Below are positions 36,491 through 51,000 of a DNA stretch of 64,000 bases, piece after piece. The stretch comes from Camelus dromedarius. Lineage: Eukaryota. The notes beneath the pieces were generated by a model. The model saw only the letters and a program-made list of their open reading frames with translations, did not search any database and was not told where the DNA came from. The stretch covers positions 25,794,001 through 25,858,000 of the forward strand of contig NC_087437.1 in the NCBI RefSeq assembly GCF_036321535.1, read 5' to 3'. A program made the position numbers and the translations under genes. Positions within the stretch are counted from its first letter, which is position 1. Each line of letters opens with the position of its first letter.

Positions 36491-36496
36491 AATAAA
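36491..36496 (+). terminator. GYG1: Probable GYG1 polyadenylation signal (second AATAAA at 36922-36927)
   Basis: First AATAAA ~680 nt after the stop, preceded by TGTA and followed by a GT-rich tract (tcttggttgtct). Confidence 0.65.
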
Positions 36497-37799
36497 GATA
36501 TATTGACATATCTTGGTTGTCTAATTAAATTAAGGACCCCCACTCCCCTCGAAGAAAAAGTATTAGGAAACTTCATAATTTGTAGAATTTGTGTTTTGAA
36601 AACCAGTGTAAAACTTGACACTGGAATATATGCTTTAAAAATTGGTTTCTAGATAATCTATATCTAGTGTTCTCCAGTGATGGTGATGGGTCTGATCGGC
36701 TAGATGGAGGAAAGGGAGATCAAACTTATCTAATGTGTCACCCACATTTCATCTCTGTACTAACTGGGTATGCAGATTTTAGAATATTGTAACCTTAAAG
36801 TCATCATAGGTTGATTGTCAGTCTCTAAACATACTCAATAATCTTTCAGGACTATTAGAATCAGCACTGGACCCAATGTCTTCTAGTGTTTTAATCCATG
36901 ACTTAAAATGATAGAAGTGTAAATAAAGCGTATTTATTAAAGGTACAGATGATTCTAGGTTGCAATGATGGCAAGCTAGTGAAGGGTAGGATCTTAAAAT
37001 GACCTTTTAAAACTAAAGTGAATAGTCAGAAATCATTCTCTTGAAGAAAATGAGAGAGAAAACCATGACAAGAAGAAACTTCAGGTTTAAATATCCAGCA
37101 GCTGCAATGGCTTTTACAGGCTAACCTTCACGGTCACCTTCCTTTATTTCCATGATAGCCTATTGGTTACACAGGTCTGCCCTATTCAATAAGCATGTGA
37201 GTGAATACCAGGGGTATGGAAATCTGGAGGCAAGAATGGATAGGGTATACCCTGGGCTACCAGCAAAGCTCAGGAAGAACCTGAGGATTCACCTAAAACT
37301 GTATAAACTATTAAATGATAAATGATTTCTGAAGATTAAAAAAGCTACAGTTATTTGGACTGGTGGAGAATGAGTTATGATCTTCAAGTACAGGAAGCAC
37401 TACCAAAGATCTGAAGTGCCTTCACGTGTCTGGTGCTGTGGTGCAAAGACCCCTCAAGATACTCCTCGTCCAGAGATCTCAGCATTAATGGTATGAGCTA
37501 AACTCCTCCAGTGAGAATCCAGTGCATAGAGAATCTAGCTAAACAGAAATTAAATTCATTACAATGTAATTTGCAAGTCATACAAATGAGCCTTTAGTTC
37601 TGGACAGTCTATCTGTGTCTAATTTCAAAGTTCATTTCAACCCTGTGCTGCTTTCACAGTCTCAGTGGTCATAAAGATATGTCTGGTTTCAGGGGAAGTA
37701 CTTGAGCTTACTGTAGGAATTACATCAAAGCATTTATTCAGTTATCTTAGTTTCACATCAAAGACAGTGTCAGCTGCCATACACATTTAAGACAGACAA

Positions 37800-39400
37800 C
37801 TCAGTAATTCATTCAACAAGCACTTATTATAACACTGACCATATCACACATGTGACTGGCATTAGAAACATAGGACTGTACAAGACAGACACAGTTCCAT
37901 ACTCAGGGCATAGCTCTGAGGTGGCCAACGGGAGGTGAGGGGAAGGAGGAACATTCTCTTCAGAGGGAACTGTGCGAGCAAAGGCCCTGAAGCAGGTGAG
38001 AACTTAGTGGACATAAAGGCTTCGAAGACAAGATGGAGAGGTACAGAGTGGCTTCGTAGGCCAAGGTATGGGCTTTGATTTAATTTTAAATTTAATAGCT
38101 ATCAACTGAAGTTTTATTAATGTAATTTATACTTAACATAGACACAAAAGTAAGCAGCATAGTATAAAGAACCCCCATCAACCCAGCTTCAACCAGTTGT
38201 TTCATCTGTATCCCCACTGACTCTTCCCTTACCAAACTATTTGGAAGCAAACCCCAGATAAAAAATTTCATGTGAAGTATTGCCATATATATCTTTAAAA
38301 CATAAAGACTCCAGAAAATTATCACACAAAAAACATTTAATTCCAAATGTCCTCTATTTGTGTTTTCTTTCCTCTTTGATCTTACCAGGATCCAAGTTAA
38401 GGCTCACACAGTGCAACTGGTTGGTATGTCTGATTCAGTTGTTTCCTCCCCTCCTTTCTTGTTTCCTTGCAATTTACTTACTGAAGCAACCGGGTTTGTC
38501 CTGTATAGTCTCTCACAGTCTGCATTTTACTGATTGCAATTTGACATGTTTCTTTGTATTCTGTTATTTCTTGTAAACTGATCTAGAGGACTGACCCAAT
38601 TAAAGTGTGATTTTTTTTTTTTTTTTTGGCAGTACTTTATAGGGTTGTTGGGTACTTCCAAGTCTCTGGTTGTCTTCTTATGATATGAACTGCCATTGAT
38701 GATCGATGGCTGAATTATTAGGGGTTGCAAAATGGTGATACTCTCAGTTATTAGCTGAACCTCTTCCGTATACTTCCATTCAACAATAACTTGATTGTCC
38801 CGAGGTTAAGTTTCTATTAAAAAAAAAAAAAGCAGGGTAAATGCTTGATTATTTCCTTTCATTCACTAGTTAGTACATAAAATAAGGAATTGGTTCCCTA
38901 GCATCCTCCAGAGGTGGTTTTGTGGGGGTCTGTTCTAGTATCATGAATTAATGTATTTTAATATAGTTCGTTTCAATCCATTGCAGTCCTTACAGAGGGT
39001 CTGATCGTCTTACCTTTGTAACTAGTATTTTAAGAACATTGCTTCCGCAGCTTGTGGAAAATAGCTTAAATGAGGACAAGAGTTGCTGGAAAAGCAAGTT
39101 TGTTTGCTGTAGTGGTCCTGGGGAGAGACAGTGATGATCCAACATACCTTTCACCAGGGTGAATGCAGTGAAGCTGGTGGATTGGCCGTGGAGAGAAAAA
39201 AGGAGGACTTGAGAACTAGAGGCTTGAGCAACTGAGTCTCCAACTTGGCTGTTCCTGAAAACACTGGAGACTTCATTGTAAGTAGTTTTGTGGACCTCAT
39301 CACTGCAGATTCTGATTCACTAGGTCTTGGTTGAGGCCACAGTATCTCTACTCCAAGTAACTATCAGACAGTAACTGGCCCAAATGACATTTGAGAACCA
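37800..39400. mobile_element. Intergenic mosaic of L2, old L1M and MER5-like fragments
   Basis: attcattcaacaagcacttatt...gcaaaggccctgaagcagg (L2); cagattctgattcactaggtcttggttgaggcc...catttgagaaccact (MER5-like). Confidence 0.5.
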
Positions 39401-41596
39401 CTTGATACATTAAAAAAGTATTTACACTAAATACAACAAGGAGTCATGTTTTAGCAAAGGTGTAGCAGTTGTTACATGGCAGGGGACTCAACTTCTGATT
39501 AGTAAAAGCTTCCCAGGAGACAGGCTCCGCTTCTTGAGTGACACAGGAAACATTACCATAAATAACATCTACAGATAAAATTCTATAGTGTTTACCTCTT
39601 TAGTGTCACTGGTATTTGGGGCCTTATTTTGTAACACTCCATCTGTACTGTAAGAGATCACAAGATTCAAAGACTTTTTTTTTTTTTAAACAATTGAGAA
39701 AAGATATCAAAGCATCAAACTGAGGGGGTGGCAGGGAGAATGAAAAAGTATCATCTGGTAACTTCTTTGTGTTTACTTACTCCCTTTTCTTCCCTATTTT
39801 TTACACAGCATAAGAGATAAAAGCTCTAAAGTGAAAAGACATACATAATTTATTTTAAATACTATTTAGTGAAGGCTATTAACTTTTGGAATAAGAAAGT
39901 GACAAATTTAGCATAGGAAAAAGCATATAATGTGCATAAAAAAGGCTGGGAAGTCACTCAGATTTCCTTCCCTGATCTTCCAAGATACACCTTTATTAAG
40001 GTGAAGTATTAACTTTGCCATGCAGAACTGCATAATTATATTGCAAAATGTTTTCCAGGGAGCCTAAAATACCAAGGGTCATTTAGTAAGATGTGTAAAT
40101 AGACAACAGCTACTCAGACACAAGAACATACATTTGTGGAGGTGATCAATATAGCCTTTTTTTTTTTTAATCCCCTTGTAAACAGTGATGGATATATAAT
40201 AGCCTTTGACTATAAGACAAATTTAACCACACAAAGGTCAGAAACATGCCTTTGGAGATGAGCTCCATGCTTGATCAAGGTCTATGATTCACGCATATCG
40301 TGAATGTTTACCTTAATTCTTGCTTTTCCCTGTATCTGCAAGAAGCATATTAAGTGTCCTTCACTAAACAATTTATCACGAAATATTTACCTTTATCAAT
40401 ATATTGATGATACCAGTGCAAAAATCTGTGTAAAAAACCTACAATGTACTATTAGGGAATAGCCCTTCCCTATCCTAACAAAAAGGGTAAATTGGTTTAA
40501 ACATTCAGGAAGCTGTATCCTAGTTAATTTTATCTGCCTTTTTAATGAGCTAGAATGCTGAAAAGATGGCAAAACTTAGTGAAAATGTTCCTAAAACATT
40601 AGTCCCATTGCTGCTTTAGCAAATAGAGCATGTTTTAACAGTATATAGTCTCTTTGATGACTTGTAATATTACATCTGATACATTAAATACCCTCTTAGA
40701 ATAGTCTAAACTGGGTTTCAGATGTGCAAAGACATGCCCTAGAATTTGTTTTATCTACCAATCTAAGAAATCATTTTGACATTTGTCCTAAATGAAGTCC
40801 CAATGTAGCCTAGCTATTATAACTTGATTGAGGTTAATGTAGGTGTCCTGTTCCATGTACATTAAATTATATACATTATTACAGTTGTATTATTTTCATG
40901 TAGAAATTAATTTTCATATTTAAAGGTAGAAATGGTTTAAATTTGTCAGAAAATTCTTGATCAGGAAGGTTGAGTAGGGAGCTGGAAAAGAGATTTTTCT
41001 GAATCCCATTTTAACCACTAAAAGATCTGACCGGGAAAAATATCTCATCTATCCCATCAAAAGCAGTAAATTGTTATGGCTTCAACGAGAAGACTGTTCT
41101 CCCTTATTACTACACAATAAATATGACTATATTAACATGGAAGAAAAAAACACTACGTCTGCTTACTGAGTTTCTAATCAACAGTTTCCCCTTTGAAGTA
41201 GACGTTACTGCAGGGAAGCATGTCAACCATCATTCACAGCTATCAGTATCTTTGGCTTTTTTTATTCAGAAGTATCACACAAATGAGGTACCAAATTACA
41301 GAATGTAGAACTTGTAAGGAAAGTCATTACATACAGACTGGTGAATTAAATGAAGGAAAGCTATTGTGTTAAATCTTTTGCAAGAATTTTAAAGTTAAAA
41401 TAGTTGAAAACTTAAGGTTAAGCATTTGAATTCTTGTTCAATAAACAAGAACATAAAATTTGTCCTGTTTTTAATGATTCTTCCTTCCAAATACTAATGA
41501 ACAGAACTTTGGCAAGCACTAGAAATAAAATGAAGAAAAAATACACCAATGCCTTTGATATCCCCCAAGAGAAAACATACTCTGTGTGAATATAAT

Positions 41597-44195
41597 TTTA
41601 TTGGTACTCAGCAGTATTAAATATAAGATGATTATTTTCCTGATTATTTCCAATCCTGGAGCTGTAATTAAGGCAAAATCTACAATACAGAGTGTTTACC
41701 TAGTATACCACTACACATAGCTATCATCACAACTCTTTTTTTCCTGGCAGACGGGGACATAAAAGTAATTGAAACCAATGTTTAAGAAGATCAAGATATT
41801 TAACATAAAGTTTAAAAATATATACACTGATTTCTAAACAAGAAAGTTAACTAGTTAAATTGAAACTGAGTAAAATTTTAAAAGGGCAGGAATATGAGTC
41901 ATTTATTCTCACTCATTGTTTTTTAATGTACTGTCAATAAAAATTAAATAATTATATAATATAGACATCTTAACAGAAGTGTATGATTTATAAAGATTAA
42001 ATGTTCTTTAAAGAAAAAGTACTCATTAAAATTATGGCACCAAGGAAGCTAATAATTTTTAAAACTTTTATTGATTTTAAATTTAAAACAAAATGCAGTT
42101 TGAACCACAAGTGGGGATACAATGCTTTAAAGATATTTCTAAAGTTATTACTCTACATAATGAAACAGAGTTAACAGCATAAACGTGAACTTTTCATTCC
42201 AGTGGTTTACATATTTTCCTAGGATGAATTTGTTGTTTTTTATTTAAAACCGTTTAATAGAACTGTACAAAAACAGAATGATATTGTTTTAAATGACTTG
42301 CCAAATTTATCATTATGAATGTGTTTCAAAACACAAGTCTATAAATGTCTGGGTAAGGAAGCAGCAAAGTCTTCACCCTTACAGTGAGTTTGCAAGGTTT
42401 TGCCTTTGTAAACAAAAGTAGATGGTGTTTTTTGCTGCAAACTCTTTTTACACTTAATCTCACTGCAGTATTTATATATAGAGAACCCACATACTATACT
42501 TTGTGAGATTCTGATCAACCTGATTTTTTGTGTAATGCTAGTCCTACAAGGTAAAGAACTTCCCTACTGCTCCTTATGCTAGTGGACCAACTTCAAGTTA
42601 TTACGCTACTCTCATCTCTGCAGAAAGGTCTGTTGGTCCCTTCCCTCAGCCCTCTGCCTCACCTGCTGCCGGAGAGAAAAGGGACTGGGAAGATTCTTGC
42701 TGCCTAATCCACTGTTCCCTTGGAGCAAGGTACAGGGCACAGAGAGGGAAGGATTTAGCTGCTGATAGATTTAGCACATATCTTAAGATGTGTGTCCTAG
42801 AATACAACCCTGCCTCCAATCTCCTCTTATCTTTCAGTGAAGTCACTTCTAACACTGTAAGTATAAAATACAAGGTGTTAAATCTGTATCTTCAAACATG
42901 ACACTTCTCCTATTAAGTAACTAATTTCTTCTTTCAAGTTAAAAGTTTCCCTTAAGGAGAAAAGCCACTGACTACCTAACTTGATTGCTAAATTTATAGC
43001 TTGTTTTAAATGTGACTGAAATAGTCATTCAGAATTCTGTGGCAACTACTGTGCGTTTGATTATTAACAAAAAGTAGGAACAAGATGACTAGTTCTATAG
43101 ATAGGTGTAAGGATGAATTACTGAAGTTCCAAAATCAAATTCTGATTCTAAACACAATAGCAAAGAAAATTTCCATACAGAGATTAAGATGTCTTTAAGA
43201 GTTGAAACAATTTTGGAGGTCATCCAGACCAACTTCCATCCCAATTATCATGACTCTCACATATAGTAGTCTTCTGAATTATAAAAATTTATAAAGTTAT
43301 TTCTTAAAAGCTACATAAATAAAAATTATCTATATATAGAAATACCTCTTCAGCAATTCCATAATTTAAATATTCAAATCAAATTGGGAGAAGCTGTTCC
43401 TTCTAACCCTACAGACTGTATTTACACACTAACACACTGAGTTACATTTAAACAAAGAACACCACCTGGCTAAAATGGAGAAAACAGCACTCTAACACAG
43501 TCCCTAATTTTTTTATGAACACAAAATTGCAAGTCACTTATATGAATTTTAGCTCAATGAAACTGTTAAAAAAAAAAAAATCCACACAAAAACCCCAAGA
43601 ACAAAACAAAAAAACCCACAAACCCAAGTAACTTGCTATAACCTGGACTTTGGTCTCTCATTTAAGGTTCTGGAATGCAAATACGGTTTTTCGTGGTCCA
43701 ATAAAATCAATTACCTGTACAGTCTGTACACATATTAGTTATCTACAAGGACTGTGAATCCACTGCATCACAAATGGAAGGCTCTGATGAATAACCAAAT
43801 GTGTCCAACACAGAAAATAACTTTTATTTGGTCAAAAGTATAAAAGGTTTGACCTTAATCTGAAATATGAAAAAGCTGAGTACTTGGAAGATATATGAAA
43901 ATACTCAGCATAGAAACTATGAAAACTTGAATAACAAACTAACTTTTTTTCTCAAAAAATTGTTTTAGGCCACAGTATGTAACAGAACTTATTGCTATTT
44001 GAAACATCATTAAAAATAGGTTCATATATAGAAGCAGACTATGTATCAGTAATACCTCTTCACTAATATAAAACGATATGCCCCTTTTAGGAGACGTAAG
44101 ACATACTCTAGATCTCATTTCTAAAACTGTATTTTTCTCATTTCCAAAAATTCTGAATATATCTGATCACACTGACCTTACCTAAATCCCACAAA
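41597..44195 (-). other. HLTF: HLTF 3' UTR with candidate poly(A) signals (AATAAA on - strand at 43823, 42239, 42067, 41902, 41597)
   Basis: AT-rich, repeat-poor sequence downstream of the HLTF stop; tttatt on + strand at the listed positions; true 3' end not determinable from sequence. Confidence 0.6.
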
Positions 44196-44348
44196 TTATA
44201 AATCAATCAAAGTTTTGATTTCATTAATTTTAGCTTGTTTCATGTCACTAGCATTTGTTTTTTTAGTTCCAAAGGCTCCAGCTGCAAGTTCTCTCTTTGT
44301 GTTTTGTATTTTCAGCATATTTTCTTCAACAGAGTCCTTCACAATGAA
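44196..44348 (-). CDS. HLTF: HLTF last coding exon (stop TAA)
   Basis: FIVKDSVEENMLKIQNTKRELAAGAFGTKKTNASDMKQAKINEIKTLIDL*; acceptor poly-T-aaag. Confidence 0.96.
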   Translation of the reverse strand, partial: FIVKDSVEENMLKIQNTKRELAAGAFGTKKTNASDMKQAKINEIKTLIDL

Positions 44349-44639
44349 CTTTAAAAAAAAAAAAAAAGTTAAATTGGTTAAATACTTTTTAGGTCACAAT
44401 ACTTAAACTCTTCAATGTAAAAAAAAACTGAGACATGATGAAAATGATGCTCTGCTTATAAAGGAATCTGCTTTACGGTATTCTGCAGCTTTCAAAAACT
44501 GTCAATAATAATCTATCAGAAGCAGTTTAGCTCTTCTTTTTCCCTCAGTACACAGTGAGAATATTTAGAACCTGATATAGTAACTAGAGATGAGCACCGC
44601 TTTCCCTTATCATTCAATACAGTTTTCCTGTATAAAGAA

Positions 44640-45084
44640 TATAGCTGTAAGGACATAAGTTACATATTACAAGCTCATCATCAAATAAGAACAGCACTCA
44701 AAAACCAAACTTTATAGGCAATTGTGTAGCTGGAATATTAGCAAAGTAAATTTAGCATTATATTTAAAAAGCCAAATGAGATTTTCACAGATATCCAAGA
44801 ATAAGGCTTCATCTGGTATAATTCATAAGGTTAAAAATTAAAGATAAAAAGAAGATCATCTAAATAGATGCTAAAGAAGCATTTCATAAAACTCAACATT
44901 TATTGCTGATAAAAACCCTGACTAAAAAATCTTAATTAATCAAGAAATAAATATCACTTGATTAAGGGCATCTACTAGAAACTTACCAAGAACAACATAC
45001 TTAATGTAAAACAATACAAGTATCCCAAACACAGACAGGAGTAAGTCAAGAATGATTACTGTCACTACCCTTCAACACTGTACA
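44640..45084 (+). mobile_element. Old L1M ORF2 fragment
   Basis: aaatagatgctaaagaagcatttcataaaactcaacatttattgctgataaaaaccct (degenerate RT region). Confidence 0.65.
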
Positions 45085-48000
45085 GGGGGCTGGGCCAAGA
45101 TGGTGAAGCAGCAGGATACGCCTAGCTTACCCTCTTCCATGAATACAGCAAAATTCACACAGAATACCTACTGAACTTTGGCAGAGTATCTCTTACATTG
45201 GAAATACAAGGAAGTCCTCACAAAACTGATAGAGGAAAAAGCAAAAGGAAATCGGTGCGGGACCTGTCCCCTGGGGAGGGAGCAGCAAAGGAGGAAAAGT
45301 GCCCTCCCTCTGGGAAGCCACCTCTTCAGCGAGGAGGTCAGTGGGGACAAAGAGGGAGCTTCCAAGGCTCAGAGGAGAAAGCAGCAGGCGCTCAGCAGAC
45401 AGAACTGAGAGAAAACAGCACAGAGGGTCCCTGCGATCCCTAGCCTGAGATGGCGTTGGCAGGAGCAGGCTGGCCAGGCTACAGGAGAACTGGCTTCAGT
45501 GGTCGAGCCCAGGGAGAGGACTGGGGCTGACTGAGGCAGCCTTGGGGGGCTGGAGTGTGGTGCAGGCTGAGGCTGGGAGTGTGTGCAGAACAGAACACCC
45601 CATAAAAAGCACCACTGCTGGTGTGCACAGTGGAGAGGGGCACACCACAGCCCAGCCACAGCAGACATCTCCACCAGCTCAGAGGGTGTTTGCTCAGCAC
45701 CACTGTTGGTGCACATTCTCCTGAAGAGAGAGGCGGGATTCAGACACAGCCATCTTCTAGCCATCTTCTTGGTTTGCTATGGAGGGGCACAATCACTGCT
45801 GTGTGACTCCTGGTGGAGGCAGGGCCAAAACCTGAATCCACACCCAAGGGTCCTGCAACTTCACAAGCAGGACTGAAATTTGATTCTAGCCCCTGGCAGA
45901 GGTGGCAGATTTGCTCCGCTGAGCAAATCTGCCTCTGTGGACCTGCGCCTCTAAGGTGAACAAGCCAAGTTCTGGCACACCGCAGGGGAGGGTTTGGTGT
46001 GAACAGTGGGCCTGTGTATCATATGCAGATTCAGGGCTGGGGTCTGGTGCACTACGGTGGGTCCTAGTGCCTGATGTTGGCAGATCTACACCGGCGGCTC
46101 TGCAGGTGCAGAACCTGGACAAACACGAGTGGGTTGCCAATATTCCCAAGGCTGAGGCAGGGACAAGGGCAGTGTCAACAAAGTGTACTTTGTAAGCCCA
46201 CATAACAAGTGTCAGACAACACCACAGAGGCACTCCCCAGTGGACATCTCCTACAGAGGAATACTCAGTGGCTCCTCTTCTAGCAGAAGCACTCCAGTCC
46301 CACATACCACACAGCACAGCTCAGATTCCAACAACAGCGGAGCAAAACCAGTCCCTATCTGGGCTGTGACAACCACAGAGCAACGAAGAGGACCTGGCTT
46401 AACAAACAGGGTAGGCTCTGGTCACCACACCACCAAACATGCCCTCAATCAAGGTGACAACAGCCAGCACACATGGAGGAAAGATGGCAACCATCCATAG
46501 TCAAAACAGCCCTCATGACAAAATTATTAGATGCACAGTCTACATAGGAATGCTCACACTTAAAAAACAAATAAATGAAACAGCCCTTCAAGACCACAGT
46601 AGATAACTTACTCCTAAATTCACAGTCAAAGAAATATGAGTAAAATGAAGAAGTATAGGAATCACTTCCAATTAAAAGAACAAGAGAAGTCCCCTGAAAG
46701 AATAAACAATGAAATAGACCAAGAGAGCCTACTATATCATGACTTCAAGAAGGTGATGAAAGCACTGAAGGAAATAAGAGACTACCAACAGAAATGCAGA
46801 ATACTAAAGAAACCAAATAGAAACTATAAAGAGAATCCAATTAATCAGAAAACTCAATTGCTGAGATAAAAGCTGAGCTAAAGGCAGTCAAAAGCAGACT
46901 AAATAATACAGAAGAACAAATAAATGATTTAGAAGACAGGATAACAGAAATCACTCAATTAGAATAGCAAGCAGAAAATCAAATGAAAATCGATGAAAGC
47001 AATATAAGAGACCTATGGGATAATATAAAGTGTGTCAATCTATGCATAATAGGGGTCCCAAAAGGAGAAGCAAGAGACAGGGAGATCGAAAACGTATTTG
47101 AAGAAATCATGACTAAAAACTTCCCAAATCTAAAGAAGGAAACAGATATCCAAGTATAGGAAGTACAGAGGGTCCCAAACAAGATGAACCCAAACAGAAC
47201 TACACCAAGACATATAATTAAGATGGCTGCAGTTAAAAGATTCTAAAGGCAGCAAAAGAAAAACAAAGTTAGTTAAAAGGGGACCCCCATAAGGCTTTCA
47301 GCTGATTTATCTGCACAAACACTGCTGGCCAGAAGGGAGAAGCAAGATATATTCAAAGTCCTGAATGAGAAAAATCTGCAATCCAAGGTACTCTACCCAC
47401 CAAGACTATCCTTTAGAATAGAAGGAGAGATAAAGAATTTCACAGACAAGCAAAAACTAAAAGAACTCAGCAATGCTAAACCTATCCCAAAAGAAATACT
47501 GAGAAGTCTTGTCTAAATAGAAAATAAGCAGAGAAGCTACAGAAAAAAGAAAATCATAACTGGAAATGCAGTAACTACAATGAGCTGCAAGAGAATAAAC
47601 AAGATATAAAAGAGGACATCAAAACATAAAATGTGGTAGAGGGGAGCAAGAAAATGTAGATTTTTCTCTTCGTTCTTCTTAGGATGTGTTTGAGCCTATA
47701 TGACTATCAGTCTAAAGCAAACGGATATAGTTAATGAGTTAACATACTTGTAAAACAGGGAAACCACAAATTAAAAGCAATACAACAGAGTCACAAAAAT
47801 CAAAAATAAACCAAGCTAATACAAAAGAAAATTACTGGGGGAGGGTATAGCTCAGTGGTAGAGCGTGTGCTTAGCATGCACGAGGTCCTGGGTTCAACCC
47901 CCTACTATCTCCATTAAAAAAAAAACCTAATTACCACTCCCCAAAATTAAATTTAAAAAGTAAACAAACAAACAAACAAGCAAAAAAACATAAAAAGAAA

Positions 48001-51000
48001 AAAGGAAAGAAAGGAACAAAGAAAAAATACCAAATCAATTGGAAAACAAAGATTAAAATGGCAATAAACACACATCTATCAACAATTACCATAAATGTCA
48101 ATGGACTAAGTGCTCCAATCAAAAGACACAGAATGGCAGATTGGATAATAAAACAAGAGCCTCCAATATGCTGCCTACAAGAGACCCATGTTAGAGCAAA
48201 GGACATACATAGACTGAAAGTAAGAGGATACAAAATGATATTTCATGGAAATGACAAGAAAGCGAGGATAGCAATACTCGTATCACACAAAACAGACTTT
48301 AAAACAAAGGCCATAAAGAAAGACACTATATAATGATGAAAGGAGCAATAAAACAGGATATTATAGTAATTAACATATATGCACCCAATGTAGAAGCATC
48401 TAGATATATAAAATAAATAGACATAAAGAGAGAAACTGATGGGAACACAATAGTAGGAGACTTTAACACCCCACTAACATCATTGGACACATCTTCCAGA
48501 CAGAAAATCAATAAGGCAATGGAGATACTAAATGACACAATAGAACAGCTGGACTTAATTGATATTTTTAGCACATTACATCCCCCCAAAACAGAATATA
48601 AGCCGATAGACCACAACTCAGACACAAAAGAAGCCTCAACAAATTTAAGAGGATAGAAATTATTTTGAGCATCTTTTCTGACCACAATGGCATGAAACTA
48701 GAAATCAACCATAGGGGGAAAATGAGGAAAAAACGACTGCATGGAGCCTAAACAACATGTTACTTAAAAAAACCAATGGGTCAATGATGAAATCAAAGAA
48801 GAAATAAAAAAATACCCGAGACAAATGATAATGAAAACACAACCACACAAGATCTATGGGATCCAGCAAAAGCAGTCCTAAGAGGTAAGTTGACAGCAAT
48901 ACAAGCCTTCCTCAAAAAACAAGAACAATCTCAAATAAACAACCTAACCTACCACCTAAAAGAGTTAGAAAAAGAAGAACAAATAAAACTTAAAAGTCAG
49001 CAGAAGAAAAGAAATAATAAAGATCAGGGAGGAAGAAAACAGATTTTAAAAAATAGAAACAAATCAATCAAATCAAGAGCTGTTTTGAAAGAGTAAACAA
49101 AATCAACAAACCTCTCGCAAGGCTGAGAGAGAGGAAACAGATAAAATAAGAAAGGAAAATGGAGAAATTACACCAACACCACAGAAATACAAAAAACCAG
49201 AAAAGAATATTATGAACAACTGTACGGCAACAAATTGGACAACCTAGAAGAAATGGACAAATTTCTAGAAACATACAGTCCACCAAGACTCAATCAAGAA
49301 GAAACAGATCACTTGAACAGACCAATCACTAGATGTGAAATAGAATCAGCAAACAAAACCTAACTGCAAACAAAAGGCCAGGACCAGATGGTTTCACTGG
49401 GGAATTCTACCAAACATACAAAGAAGAACTCACACTGATCCTTCTCAAACTCTTTCATTCTACGAAGCCACCATTACCCTGACAACAAAACGAAAGACAC
49501 TAGCAAAAAATAAAATTGCAGGCCATTATCACTGATGAACATAGATGTAAAAATCCTTATTAGCAAACAGAATCGAACAACACATAAAAAAGATCATACA
49601 CCATAATCAAGTTGGACTCATCCCAGGGACACAAAGATGGTTCAACATATGCAAATCAATCAATGTGATACACCAAATCAACAAAAGAAAGGACAAAAAT
49701 CACATGATCATCTCAACATATGCAGAAAAAGCATTTGATAAAATTCAACACCTATTTATAATAAAAACTCTTACCAAAGTGGGTATAGAGGGGACATACC
49801 TAAACAAAATAAAAGCTGTTTACAACAAACCCACAGCCAGCATAATACTCAACGATGAAAAACTGAAAGCCTTTCCACTAAAATCTGGAACAAGACGAGG
49901 AAGGCCATTTTCACCACTTCTATTCAACATAGTTTTACAAGTCCTAACCACAGCAATCAGGCAAGGAAAAGAAATAAAAGGGTTCCAAAGTGGAAGAGAA
50001 GAAGTAAAATTATCACTATATGTGGATATGATACTATATACAGAAAACCCTAAAAGCTTCACACAAAAACTACTAGAGCTGATAAAGGAATCTGGCAAGG
50101 TGGCAGGATACAAGATTAACATACTGAAATCAGTTGCGTTTCTTTATACTAAACAATGAAATATCAGAAAAGAAAAGTAAAGAAACAATCCCTTTTAAAA
50201 ATTGCATCCAAAAAAAAAAAAAAAAAAGTTAGGAATAAATCTTACCAAGAAGGTGAAAGACTTATACATGGAGAACTGCAAAACACTGATTAAGGAAATT
50301 AAAGATAACTTAAAGAAATGGAAAGGTATCTCATGCTCTACAATTAGAAGAATTAATATTGTTAAAATGGCCATACTGCCCAAAGCAATCTATAGATTTA
50401 ATGTGATCCCTATCAAATTACCCAGGACATTTTCCACAGAACTAGAACAAATAATCCTAAAATTTATATAGAATCACAAAAGACCCAGGCATGACAAAGT
50501 AATACTGAAGGAAAAGAATGAAGCTGGAGGAATAACCCTCCCAGACTTCAGATAATACTACAGAGCTACAGTAATCAAAACAGTGTGATACTGGCACAAA
50601 CAGCCGTATGGATCAATAGAACAGAACAGAGAGCCCAGAAATAAATGCAGACTTACCATCAATTAATCTTCAACAAAGGAGGCAAGAATATACAATGGAG
50701 AAAAGACAGTTTCTTCAGCAAGTGGTGTTGGGAAAACTGGACAGCCACATGTAAATCAATGAAGTTATAACAGTCCCTCACACCATACAGAAAAATATAC
50801 TCAAAATAGCTTAAAGACTTAAATATAAAACAAGACACTAATACACCTAGAAGAAAAGATAGGCAAAACATCTGACATAAAATCTTAGCAATGTTCTCCT
50901 AGGGCAGTCTACCCAGGCAATAGAAATAAAAGCATAACTAAACAAATGGACCTAATTAAACTTAAAAGCTGTTGCACAGCAAAGGAAACTATAAGTAAAA

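Noticed and set aside
47841..47913. Functional tRNA-Ala gene
   Set aside because: T-stem and acceptor stem mispaired, no poly-T terminator, SINE-type tail, and nested within an L1
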